Below are positions 5,986 through 14,759 of a DNA stretch of 17,840 nt, piece by piece. Position 1 is the stretch's first letter. Every line of letters begins with the position of its first letter. A program made the translations under genes and the position numbers. The notes beneath the pieces were generated by a model. That model made no database searches. It was not told the DNA's origin and saw only the letters and a list, made by a program, of their open reading frames with translations. Source of the DNA: Gemmatimonadota bacterium (GTDB taxonomy: Bacteria; Gemmatimonadota; Gemmatimonadetes; Gemmatimonadales; GWC2-71-9); assembly GCA_003221005.1 (NCBI GenBank), contig QHTZ01000041.1, positions 1 through 17,840 of the forward strand, given 5' to 3'.

Positions 5986-7161
5986 ATGAAGCAGATCGTG
6001 CAGAACGAGCGCGGGATGGCGCTCGCCGTGGCGATTTTCGCCCTCGTCATCGTGGGGGCGCTCGTGGCCGGCGCGCTGTTCGCCGGCACCCAGGAGCAGC
6101 GGATCGGGGAGAGCACGCGGCGGCTGGAGCAGTCGTTCGGCGTCGCGGAGCTCGGCGTCTACGACGTCGTGCGCACCTGGAACCCGACGACCTACAACCA
6201 GCGGGGCGTGTATCCCACGGACTCCATCGACCTGCCCAACGCTCTCATGACGGGTAGGACGCCTCAGGGAAAGGGTTCTTACGGCGGGTACGTGTACCGG
6301 TTGAACCAGAACCTGTACCTCATCGACGTCACGGGCCACGACACGGTGAGCGGCAACGGGAGCTACGGCGGTGGTGGCCGCGCGCGCCAGCGTCTCGGAC
6401 TGCTCGCTTCCATCCGCACCCTGCAGCTCGACGTTGGTGCCTCACTCACCACGGCGGCCAACGACCGGGTGAGCGGGAACGCCCGGATCGACGGCACCGA
6501 CCACGCGCCCCCTACCTGGACCGGGTGCGGAGCGTTGAGAGCCCCACTGGCGGGCATTCGGGCGGGCACGGGTGACACGGTTTCGACGAGTGGGAACGGG
6601 ACCATTTTGGGGATACCGCCCATCAAAGTCGACCCCACCCTGGGTGACAGCACGTTCAGTAAGTACGGGGACGTCACGTACACCGAGCTCGCGGCGCGGG
6701 CCAACATCACGCTGCCCGGGCAAAACTTCTCCAACAGCATCCAGCCGAATGTAGTAAACGGCCAGTGCAACGTGGCGACAGTCACCAACTGGGGCGATGG
6801 CGTGGATCCCACACAGCCCTGCGGTGGCTATTTCCCCATCATTCACCTCACGGGGACTTCTACGATTAACGGTGTGCAGGGGCAGGGGATCTTGCTCGTG
6901 GATGGCGATCTCAACATTCAGGGCGGGTTCCAGTGGTTCGGGGTCACCATCATCAAGGGCTCCCTCAACACCGCCGGCGGCGGCTCCACTGATGCGCACT
7001 TCTGGGGAGCGACCATGGCGCAGGACAGCGTGCACCTCGGGGACAACACCATCACCGGGCACGCGAACGTCAACTACTCTAGCTGCGCTCTGCTGCGAGC
7101 CCTGCAAGCCACGGGCGTCGTCACGCCGATGCGGTCGCGGAGCTGGGTCCAGTTGTTCTGA
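5986..7161 (+). CDS. PilX-like minor pilin with a large C-terminal domain (391 aa)
   Basis: AAGGAG RBS before ATG 5986. NERG|MALAVAIFALVIVGAL lacks Glu5, as in PilX/GspK. SFGVAELGV motif. The C-terminal part is Gly/Asn/Thr-rich with beta-solenoid-like repeats (GILLVDGDLNIQGGFQWFGVTIIKGSL). Confidence 0.75.
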   Translation: MKQIVQNERGMALAVAIFALVIVGALVAGALFAGTQEQRIGESTRRLEQSFGVAELGVYDVVRTWNPTTYNQRGVYPTDSIDLPNALMTGRTPQGKGSYGGYVYRLNQNLYLIDVTGHDTVSGNGSYGGGGRARQRLGLLASIRTLQLDVGASLTTAANDRVSGNARIDGTDHAPPTWTGCGALRAPLAGIRAGTGDTVSTSGNGTILGIPPIKVDPTLGDSTFSKYGDVTYTELAARANITLPGQNFSNSIQPNVVNGQCNVATVTNWGDGVDPTQPCGGYFPIIHLTGTSTINGVQGQGILLVDGDLNIQGGFQWFGVTIIKGSLNTAGGGSTDAHFWGATMAQDSVHLGDNTITGHANVNYSSCALLRALQATGVVTPMRSRSWVQLF

Positions 7162-7285
7162 TCTGGACAAGTCGTTGTAGCGCAGCGCGTTACGAATACA
7201 GCGGTCAGATCCGGAAGTCGTTAGAAGTGAGCTAAGTGCTGTACCGATAGATACTTGGTGTGCTAGCCTCAAGTAGGTTCGAGGC

Positions 7286-7314
7286 TTGACAGGATAAGGG
7301 GCGGGGCTTACTGT
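7286..7314 (+). promoter_or_regulatory. sigma70-type promoter of pilMNOPQ
   Basis: TTGACA (7286-7291), 17-bp spacer, TACTGT (7309-7314), about 40 bp upstream of the pilM ATG. Confidence 0.75.
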
Positions 7315-7355
7315 AGTTTGCCCTCGCCCCGTCTTGTCTCTAAGCCTAGGCACGT

Positions 7356-8408
7356 ATGGCCCTATTCGGCCTGTTGGGCGGCAAGAAAACCTCCGTCGGC
7401 TTGGACATCGGCTCCGGGATCATCAAGCTGGTGGTCATTGACCATTCCGGGAGCGAGCCGGAGCTCGTGAAGCTCGCCACCACCGAGGTCGCGACCGACG
7501 CGATCGTCGAGGGGGAGGTCATGGACCCCGGGATCGTCGCCGAGGCGATCCGGGGGCTGTTTTCCACCGCCGGCGTGAAGCAGAAGTCGGTGGTTACGGC
7601 CGTCGGCGGGCGGGATGTCATCGTCAAGAAGATCCAGATGGATCGGATGAAGGAAGGGGACGCCCGCGAGGTGATCCGCTGGGAGGCGGAGCAGCACGTG
7701 CCGTTCGACATGGCGAACGTCGAGCTCGACTTCCAGATCCTGGATCCCGACTCCGAGGGGCTCCAGATGAACGTGCTCCTGGTCGCGGCCAAGCGGGAGC
7801 TGGTCGAGAACCGGGTGGGCCTGCTGGGAGAGGCGGGCCTTGCCGCGGCGGTCATCGACGTGGACGCCTTCGCCATCCACAACGCGTTCGAGCTGAACCA
7901 CCCCGATGCGATGCAGGGGGTGGTGGGTCTCGTGAACGTGGGTCACGAGGTCACAAACGTGAACATCCTCGAGGATGCGGTCCCGGTGCTCACCCGGGAC
8001 CTCTCCGTGGGCACGCGGCGCTTTCGCGAGGACCTGCAGCGGGAGAAGGGGCTGTCCGCCGAGGACTCCGAGAGAGTGGTGCAGGGGGTGACGCCCAGCA
8101 CGGATCTCGCGAGCTACGTGGAAGCGCGGGGCGAGGAGATCGCCGTGGGCGTGGAGCGGGCGGCGGCGTTCCTCGCGACCGCTTCGCGCGGCGCCGGCGG
8201 GTTGAGCAGGGTGTTCACGAGCGGGGGCGGAGCCCGGATCCCGGGCCTGAACGAGGCGCTCGCGAACCGGCTGCGCGTGCCGGTCGAGCTCGCGAACCCG
8301 TTGCAGCGCCTCAAGGTGCGCGACGCGGTGTTCGAGTCGGTGTCGGTAGATGAGGTCGCGCCGCTGTTGATGCTGTCGGTCGGTCTCGCGCTGAGGCGCG
8401 CCGCATGA
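7356..8408 (+). CDS. pilM: Type IV pilus assembly protein PilM (actin-like)
   Basis: VGLDIGSGIIKLV, EAEQHVPF, VLLVAAKRE, IDVDAFAI, TSGGGARIPGL, SVGLALR. Confidence 0.95.
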   Translation: MALFGLLGGKKTSVGLDIGSGIIKLVVIDHSGSEPELVKLATTEVATDAIVEGEVMDPGIVAEAIRGLFSTAGVKQKSVVTAVGGRDVIVKKIQMDRMKEGDAREVIRWEAEQHVPFDMANVELDFQILDPDSEGLQMNVLLVAAKRELVENRVGLLGEAGLAAAVIDVDAFAIHNAFELNHPDAMQGVVGLVNVGHEVTNVNILEDAVPVLTRDLSVGTRRFREDLQREKGLSAEDSERVVQGVTPSTDLASYVEARGEEIAVGVERAAAFLATASRGAGGLSRVFTSGGGARIPGLNEALANRLRVPVELANPLQRLKVRDAVFESVSVDEVAPLLMLSVGLALRRAA

Positions 8409-9118
8409 TTGAAATCAACCTACTCCCCGGGAAGAAGAAGGCAGCAGCGGCCGGGGGTCGCTTCAAGCTGAGCCTCGGCCTCAAGCTACCCGACTTCCGC
8501 GGCATCATCGCCAACATCACCAATCCGTGGCTGCTCGCCGCGAGCGCGGCCTGGGTCCTGGTGCTGGGAGGCGGGCTCGCCCTGTTCGTCACGAGCCGCG
8601 CCCGCCTGGCCGTGTTGAACTCGCGCTTGGAGGAGGTGCGGGTTGAGAAGCGGCGCTTCGACGCCGTGATCGCGCAGAAGCGCCAGTCGGAGAAGATCCG
8701 CGACTCGCTGGTCGCCGAGATCAACATCATTCACCAGATCGACGCCGACCGGTACATCTGGCCGCACATTCTCGACCAGGTGACCAAGGCGCTGCCGCCG
8801 TACACGTGGCTGACCAGCATCAGCGCGCAGGCCGCGACCGCTCCTCCCGCGCCGGCCGCTACGCCGGGAGCCCCTCCGGCGCCGGTGCAGACCGTGGTGG
8901 GCCTCTCGATCACGGGGAGCACGGTGGACATCCAGGCGTACACCACGTTCTTGCGGCAGCTCGCCGCCTCGCCCTGGCTCACCGAGGTCACGCCCGCCAC
9001 CTCCCAGACGATCGTCGAGCAGGATCGTCCGGTGACGGCATTTACCGTGAACGCGCGCTATCGCGTGGCCGACTCCGTGTACATCCACACGGTGCCGCTC
9101 ACCCAGTCGCTGAGGTAA
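8405..9118 (+). CDS. pilN: Type IV pilus assembly protein PilN
   Basis: N-terminal INLLP PilM-binding motif, single TM, coiled coil, WPHILD..LP..TWLTSI. ATGA overlap with pilM. Confidence 0.92.
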   Translation: MIEINLLPGKKKAAAAGGRFKLSLGLKLPDFRGIIANITNPWLLAASAAWVLVLGGGLALFVTSRARLAVLNSRLEEVRVEKRRFDAVIAQKRQSEKIRDSLVAEINIIHQIDADRYIWPHILDQVTKALPPYTWLTSISAQAATAPPAPAATPGAPPAPVQTVVGLSITGSTVDIQAYTTFLRQLAASPWLTEVTPATSQTIVEQDRPVTAFTVNARYRVADSVYIHTVPLTQSLR

Positions 9119-9122
9119 GCCC

Positions 9123-9761
9123 GTGGCCCTGTTACCGAGCGATCAGCGCAGCCAGGTCATGCTGCTCCTCACCATTCTCGCGGCGGCGGGCGGCTACGTC
9201 TTCTGGAAGTACTACTACCAGCCGACGAGCCAGCAGATCGCCGCCACGAAGGCGGAGATCGACAGTCTCCAGATCATCATCGACAGGGCGAAACAGGATC
9301 TCGCCACGGGGACGATGGAGGACCTGCGGCGCAAGGTGGAGCAGTACCGCGGCATGCTGGCGTTGATGCGGCGACTGGTACCAGAGCGGAACGAGGTGCC
9401 CGCGCTGATCGACGACATCTCGACCAAGGCCAAGGTGCGCGGCGTGACGATCGGCCGCATCGATCCGCTCGCGGTCGAGCCCGGGCCGCCGTTTGACACG
9501 TATCGCTACAAGCTCGAGATCCTCGGCCATTTCGATCAGCTGGGCGAGTATCTCTCCGACATCGCCAGCCTGCCGCGCATCGTGGTGCCGCAGGAGATCG
9601 TCCTCAAGCCGGCCTCGCAGGGCGCGCAGCGGCTACTCGGCGACACCGTCGGCGCGCTGCTCGAGGCGGACTTCTCGATCCGCACGTTCGTGAAGTCGTC
9701 GGCATCCGCCCCCGGGCGCGCGCCGGCGAAAGCGGCCGGGAAGCCCGGAGGCGGGCAGTGA
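9123..9761 (+). CDS. pilO: Type IV pilus assembly protein PilO
   Basis: GTG start, N-terminal TM, coiled coil, VPERNEVPALIDDI, GHFDQLGEYLSDIASLPRIV. Confidence 0.9.
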   Translation: MALLPSDQRSQVMLLLTILAAAGGYVFWKYYYQPTSQQIAATKAEIDSLQIIIDRAKQDLATGTMEDLRRKVEQYRGMLALMRRLVPERNEVPALIDDISTKAKVRGVTIGRIDPLAVEPGPPFDTYRYKLEILGHFDQLGEYLSDIASLPRIVVPQEIVLKPASQGAQRLLGDTVGALLEADFSIRTFVKSSASAPGRAPAKAAGKPGGGQ

Positions 9762-10189
9762 GGTGCGACGTCGCGCTTGCAGCCGCGCTGGCGGCGCTCG
9801 CCGGCGGAGCGCTCGCGGGGCAGACCAGGCCGGACACGGCGGCGCGGCGTGACTCCGTGGCGCCCGTAATCCTGGTGCGCGAGGTGTTCGCGTACGAGGG
9901 CGGGGGGCGCGATCCGTTCATCTCGCTCCTCAAGTCGGGCGATATCCGGCCGCTGCTGACGGACCTGAAGTTGGTGGGCGTCTACTACGATCAGCGCTAC
10001 CCCGCGCGCAGCGTCGCCGTGCTGCGCGACGTCACCAACGGCAAGCGGTACCGCGCCAAGACCGGCGACGTCATGGGGCGCCTCAAGGTGACGCAGATCC
10101 GGCCTCGCGAGATCGTGTTTACCGTGCAGGAATTCGGCTTCGAGCGGCAGGAGAGTCTGCAGCTCGCCAAGCAGGAGGTAACGCCATGA
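9758..10189 (+). CDS. pilP: PilP-like pilus assembly protein
   Basis: GRDPF motif, LKLVGV...AVL...GKRYRAKTGD.MG..KVTQI beta-domain. Positioned between pilO and pilQ with GTGA/ATGA overlaps. Confidence 0.75.
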   Translation: MRCDVALAAALAALAGGALAGQTRPDTAARRDSVAPVILVREVFAYEGGGRDPFISLLKSGDIRPLLTDLKLVGVYYDQRYPARSVAVLRDVTNGKRYRAKTGDVMGRLKVTQIRPREIVFTVQEFGFERQESLQLAKQEVTP

Positions 10190-12126
10190 AGCGCATCGCT
10201 ACCCTCGCCGCGCTGGCGGTCGTCGCGGCGGCACCCCGAGCCGTTGCGGGGCCGGAGGGAGGAGGGGGCGTGAGCGGGCGCGCCGGTGAGGTCCGCGGCG
10301 TCAGCGTGCTCCCGGCTCCCGGCAAAGTGGCGGTCGTCATCGATCTTCAGGGGGCCGTCGAAGTCCAGGACTTCACGTTGCGGAGTCCCGCTCGTCTGGT
10401 CGTGGACCTGGTGGGGGCGCGTCTCGTGGCGCCGGCGACCCTGTACGACGGTCAGAATCGCGGCGGCGTCAGGAACCTCCGGTATGCCCAGTTCCGGCCG
10501 GGCGTCGTCCGCGTCGTGATCGACCTCGACGTCCTGAAAGACTACCAGATCAAGCGGGGCGACACACAGGTGCGGGTCGAGATCGGCGCCGAGCGGACCG
10601 CGTTCACGGCGTGGTCGAGCCGGGGGGTCGCTAGCGCGCGTCTCCCCGCCGCTGCCGCCTTCGTCCCCGCCCCCGCCCCCGCGAGCGTGCCGTTCGCCCC
10701 TCCCGTCACGGGCGGGCCCGCGGCGACCGCGATGTCGCGGAGCTACTTCTCGACGGACCCGGTGAGCATCCAGCAGTACCTGGCGGCCCACGCGAGCGAG
10801 GGCGCACAGTCGCAGGCGCCGCGGATCACCGTGCGCTGGGACGATGCCGACATTCAGGACGTGACGGCGGGGTTTGCCGCGTTCAGCGGGCGCACCATCG
10901 TCGTCGCCAAGGACGTGAAGGGCAAGGTCACCGCGGAGATCAAGAACCAGCCGTGGGATCTGGCGTTCGCGGCGGTGCTCGAGTCGCAGGGGCTCACCTA
11001 TCAGGTGCTCGAGGGCGGCATCATCAACGTGCTCAACAAGGCCGACTTCGCGCGCGCCGACTCGACCGTTCCGGTCGAGACGCGCCTGGTGCGGGTGAAC
11101 TACGCCAAGGCCACGTCGCTCGTGCCGGCGGTGCAGTCGATCGTCTCGAAGGGTCGCGGTGCTGTGGTCGCCGACACGACCAACAACGCGCTCGTCATCA
11201 CCGACACGCGCAACCGCATCGGCGACATCGAGCAGTTCGTGCGGGGCCTCGACATCCGGACGCCGCAGGTGTCGATCCAAGCGAAGATCATCTTCGTGGA
11301 CCGGACCGACATCGAGAACATGGGGCTCAAGTACGACCTCGGCTCCCAGACCCAGTTCTTCAACCGGCTGGTGTCGCGGCCGATTCCGTCGAGCGCGGTG
11401 CCGGGGAATCCGAACCCGAACGGCGTCCCGACGGGAACCGTCCCGACGCAGTTCTTCACGCCCGATCAGACCATCATCGACCTCGGCGGGAACTCGCTCG
11501 CCGCGCTGGGCAACGCTAGCCAGGCGGTGATCAATCCGGCCCTCGACCTCATCTTCTCGACGGCGATCGGCAACTTCGACCTGACCGCGTTCCTGCAGGC
11601 GCTCCAGAGCCTGTCGCTCGACGACATCCAGGCCGAGCCCACGATCACGACGCTCGACAACCGTCCCGCTGAGATCCTCGTCGGCGATCGCGTGCCGATT
11701 CGCGTGATCGACGTGAGCTCGACCGCTGCGGGCGGCGCCACACCGCCGCGCGCGACGGTGAACTTCCAGCAGACGGGCATCAACTTGCGGGTGACGCCGC
11801 ACGTCACCGCCAACCGCCAGGTCTTGATGGAGGTCCACGCCGAGCGCTCGAACGTGGTGCCGTCGTCTGTCGACATCGGCTTCACATTCCAGACGCAGCA
11901 GGCGGACAACCAGATCCTGGTCTCGGACGGCGAAACGGCTGTAATTGGCGGGCTTACCGTGACCGAGGTCACGGTATCCAAGACCGGAATTCCGTTTCTT
12001 GTAGACTTGCCGATCCTCGGCAAGCTGTTCGGCTTCACGAACCAGCAGGAAACGCGGCGCGATCTGTTGATTCTCATCACGCCGCACATCGTCGACGACC
12101 TGGTGTCGCCCAGCACCGGGAAATAG
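10186..12126 (+). CDS. pilQ: Type IV pilus secretin PilQ (AMIN + N domains + secretin)
   Basis: Signal peptide, AMIN (FTLRSPARLVVDL, VVRVVIDL), N0 (VKGKVTAEIKNQPWDLAF), N3 (DTTNNALVITD, LDIRTPQVSIQAKI), secretin signature (DGETAVIGGL, GIPFLVDLPILGKLF, LLILITPHIV). Confidence 0.95.
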   Translation: MKRIATLAALAVVAAAPRAVAGPEGGGGVSGRAGEVRGVSVLPAPGKVAVVIDLQGAVEVQDFTLRSPARLVVDLVGARLVAPATLYDGQNRGGVRNLRYAQFRPGVVRVVIDLDVLKDYQIKRGDTQVRVEIGAERTAFTAWSSRGVASARLPAAAAFVPAPAPASVPFAPPVTGGPAATAMSRSYFSTDPVSIQQYLAAHASEGAQSQAPRITVRWDDADIQDVTAGFAAFSGRTIVVAKDVKGKVTAEIKNQPWDLAFAAVLESQGLTYQVLEGGIINVLNKADFARADSTVPVETRLVRVNYAKATSLVPAVQSIVSKGRGAVVADTTNNALVITDTRNRIGDIEQFVRGLDIRTPQVSIQAKIIFVDRTDIENMGLKYDLGSQTQFFNRLVSRPIPSSAVPGNPNPNGVPTGTVPTQFFTPDQTIIDLGGNSLAALGNASQAVINPALDLIFSTAIGNFDLTAFLQALQSLSLDDIQAEPTITTLDNRPAEILVGDRVPIRVIDVSSTAAGGATPPRATVNFQQTGINLRVTPHVTANRQVLMEVHAERSNVVPSSVDIGFTFQTQQADNQILVSDGETAVIGGLTVTEVTVSKTGIPFLVDLPILGKLFGFTNQQETRRDLLILITPHIVDDLVSPSTGK

Positions 12127-12139
12127 GCCCGGAGTCTCC

Positions 12140-14674
12140 ATGCCGCAGAGACGAGCGAGAGCGACACTGTGGGGGGTGTGCGTCCTGGTGCTGGCCGGAT
12201 GGGCGTGCGAATCCGCGCGCAATCCGGGCGGCTTTCAGCGGGACCTCATCCCACCCACGATCACGTTGACGACGGCGTCCGGTAAGGGCGCGACCGCCGC
12301 CACGGCCGACACCCAGCAGATCGGGAGCGGCCTGTCGCTCACGGCCGGGGCTACCGACAACCTGGCGCTGAACGACATCCAGCTGATCTATTCCGGCGGG
12401 TTGATCGACACGACCGACACGATCTTCGCGAACCAGACGCTCAAGTCCGCGTCGCTCCCGGTGCACCTCAGCTTCCCTTCAAACTCCGGGGCGGGCGGCT
12501 TGATTCAGATCGTTGGCCGGGCAACCGACGGGGCGGGGAACTCCGCCCAAGACACGCTGTTCATCTTCCTCGTCAACTTGAACGCGCTGAGCGTGGTGCT
12601 CATCTCGCCCGCGCCGGGAGCGCTCGCGTCGCAAGGCAAGTACGTCCCGATCGAAGTCACCGCGAACCAGTCGTCCGGGATCCGGCGGGTCGGGTGGACG
12701 ATCACCCCGCCCACGGGCCAGACCGCCGTGAGCGGCGACTCCGTGTTGAGCGGAGCGATCCTCCCGACATCGGTCGACTTCATCGACTCGGTGCTGGTCA
12801 CCGGCACGACCGGCACCTTCACGGTGCAGGGGTTCGCCGTCGACTCGGCGAATCGACGTGGGGGCAGTGCGATCGTCGTCGTCACGATTCAGTCCGTCGC
12901 GAACGACGTGACGCCGCCCCGCGTCGAGCAAACCGTCTCGCTGCGCGCTGAGGTCTCGGACTCGATCCTGGTGCACGCCACCGATCCCAGCGGGATCACT
13001 CGCCTCGGCTTCATCGTCACCGACACGCTGGGGGCGGTCATCGGTGGGGACTCCCTGAACTTCGCCGGCAACTCGACCGACATCTCGAAGAAGTTCTCGT
13101 TGAAATTGACCGGGATCACGACGTTCCCCACGCGCGTCGTGGTGCAGGCGTTCGCGATTGACGGCGCCACCGCTTTGAACCGCGGCGTCACGAGTGCCAC
13201 GTTCGCAGTGCCGAGCCCCACTGGCCCGGCGCGGGTGGACACCATCGTGCTTGTGGCGGGCGTGACCCGCGCGTTCCCGCTCGCGGGGACCCACATCGCC
13301 GACGCGATCTTCGACGCCAATTTGGGTGAGCTGTACCTCAGCAACACGCCCTTGTCGCGCGTGGAAGTGTTCCAGACGGCGAACACATCGTTCGTGGCGT
13401 CCGCCATCCCGACCGCCGGGCCGCAGCCGTGGGGCATCGCGCTCTGGCCGCACGACACCCTGGGGAACTACGGCGATACGATCGTGGTGGCGAACTCGGG
13501 CGGAACGGAAATGTCCATCATCGACGTCGCCGCGCGGCGGCTGCGGTGGCGCCAGGACCTCCCCAACTACGTGATCCAGAAGTACAACGTCATCAACAGC
13601 GCCGGGGTCTACTACCCGCACGTCACGATCTATGACGTGTCGGACCGACCGCAGTACATCGCCACCGTATGCCGGGGGAACTGCGACCAAACCGACTCGG
13701 TCTTCGTCCTCTACTCGACGACGCCGACCCAGAGCTCGTCGTCGCCGTTCAACGGTAAGGGCACGTTGCGGATGGAGAAGTTGATCAACTCCACGGATAC
13801 CTCGCGGCTGTTCGGTCACTTCTTCTGGGAGATCGGTAACGTCGCGGCGAGCGACGTGAGCGATACGCTGCGCATCACCCTCATCCGCCCCGGCCAGCAG
13901 CTCTACGGCAACTACACGCACACAATCCTGTCAGCGTGCGCTGGCGTTACGGTCAATTTCTCGACGTTTGGGCTCGGGGACTCGACCTTCGCCCGCAATT
14001 CGGGAAACTTCACGCACGGCTTCTTCGGCGAAGGCGGCAACGCCTCGGGGACGTACCGGCGCGTGATGGCCTACACCACCAAGAATGTAATCCGACATGG
14101 AGGCGCGCCTCCGGGCTGCCAGACCTCGCCCGTCCTGGCGAACGTGGTTCGGGACAGCGGCGACATCGACGTCGATTTCGGCATGTCGCGCGCGGTCGAG
14201 GTGAGCGACTTCATCTCCAACACCGGCGTCAAGGTCTCGGCCATCGCCACAAACTTCAACGGCGGGACGAATCTCGTGCGCGCGGACTCGATCTACTACC
14301 TCGACGAGGGGCTGCGGCTGAAAGGCACCTCGCCGGCCCCGATCGGCGCGTTCGGGATGGACATGAACTACTTCCACGACTTCCTGGCCGGACAGGGCGG
14401 CAGCACCGGCCTCGGTGGAACCCGAGACTCGACGCTGCGCGTGGTGTTCGTGGCCGATCCGAGTGGTAATATTCTCGTGTTCGACACGTTCTTCTACGGG
14501 CTGATCGGGTCGATCCCGGTGCGAGACCCGATCGTGGGGCCGCTGCGGGTCGCGAAGGACGCAGGGGGGAACCAGCTCCTCTTCGGCGTGACGCAACGCG
14601 GAGTCGTGATGCTCAGGCTGCCCGTCATCCCGAACCCGAACCCGGCACCGCCGCGTTTCAGCCGGCGTCAGTGA
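12140..14674 (+). CDS. Uncharacterised 844-aa probable lipoprotein, about three Ig-like domains followed by a YVTN-like beta-propeller region
   Basis: Basic N-terminus, hydrophobic stretch and ...LAGWAC(23). Repeated D..PP.(I/V) / ATD..G / A.D..G(N) Ig-like motifs. Propeller-like blades (ELYLSNTPLSRVEVF, GPQPWGIAL, IVVANSGGTEMSIIDV, VVFVADPSGNILVFDT). GGAG RBS, 13 bp after pilQ. Confidence 0.8.
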   Translation: MPQRRARATLWGVCVLVLAGWACESARNPGGFQRDLIPPTITLTTASGKGATAATADTQQIGSGLSLTAGATDNLALNDIQLIYSGGLIDTTDTIFANQTLKSASLPVHLSFPSNSGAGGLIQIVGRATDGAGNSAQDTLFIFLVNLNALSVVLISPAPGALASQGKYVPIEVTANQSSGIRRVGWTITPPTGQTAVSGDSVLSGAILPTSVDFIDSVLVTGTTGTFTVQGFAVDSANRRGGSAIVVVTIQSVANDVTPPRVEQTVSLRAEVSDSILVHATDPSGITRLGFIVTDTLGAVIGGDSLNFAGNSTDISKKFSLKLTGITTFPTRVVVQAFAIDGATALNRGVTSATFAVPSPTGPARVDTIVLVAGVTRAFPLAGTHIADAIFDANLGELYLSNTPLSRVEVFQTANTSFVASAIPTAGPQPWGIALWPHDTLGNYGDTIVVANSGGTEMSIIDVAARRLRWRQDLPNYVIQKYNVINSAGVYYPHVTIYDVSDRPQYIATVCRGNCDQTDSVFVLYSTTPTQSSSSPFNGKGTLRMEKLINSTDTSRLFGHFFWEIGNVAASDVSDTLRITLIRPGQQLYGNYTHTILSACAGVTVNFSTFGLGDSTFARNSGNFTHGFFGEGGNASGTYRRVMAYTTKNVIRHGGAPPGCQTSPVLANVVRDSGDIDVDFGMSRAVEVSDFISNTGVKVSAIATNFNGGTNLVRADSIYYLDEGLRLKGTSPAPIGAFGMDMNYFHDFLAGQGGSTGLGGTRDSTLRVVFVADPSGNILVFDTFFYGLIGSIPVRDPIVGPLRVAKDAGGNQLLFGVTQRGVVMLRLPVIPNPNPAPPRFSRRQ

Positions 14675-14705
14675 CGGTACGCTGGGTCGGTGGTGACAGC
14701 ACAGC

Positions 14706-14740
14706 CGCGAGCCCGACGGTAGGTCGGGCTCGCGTGTTAT
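14706..14740 (+). terminator. 12-bp perfect hairpin, probable terminator/attenuator between the pil operon and aroC
   Basis: CGCGAGCCCGAC-GGTAG-GTCGGGCTCGCG followed by a weak U-tract TGTTAT. Confidence 0.6.
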
Positions 14741-14759
14741 CGGAGGCGTCGAGGACACG

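Noticed and set aside
4211-12126. Type II secretion system
   Set aside because: PilM/N/O/P, an AMIN-domain secretin, and major pilins with sigma54 promoters indicate T4aP. No GspC/L/M-type genes are seen.
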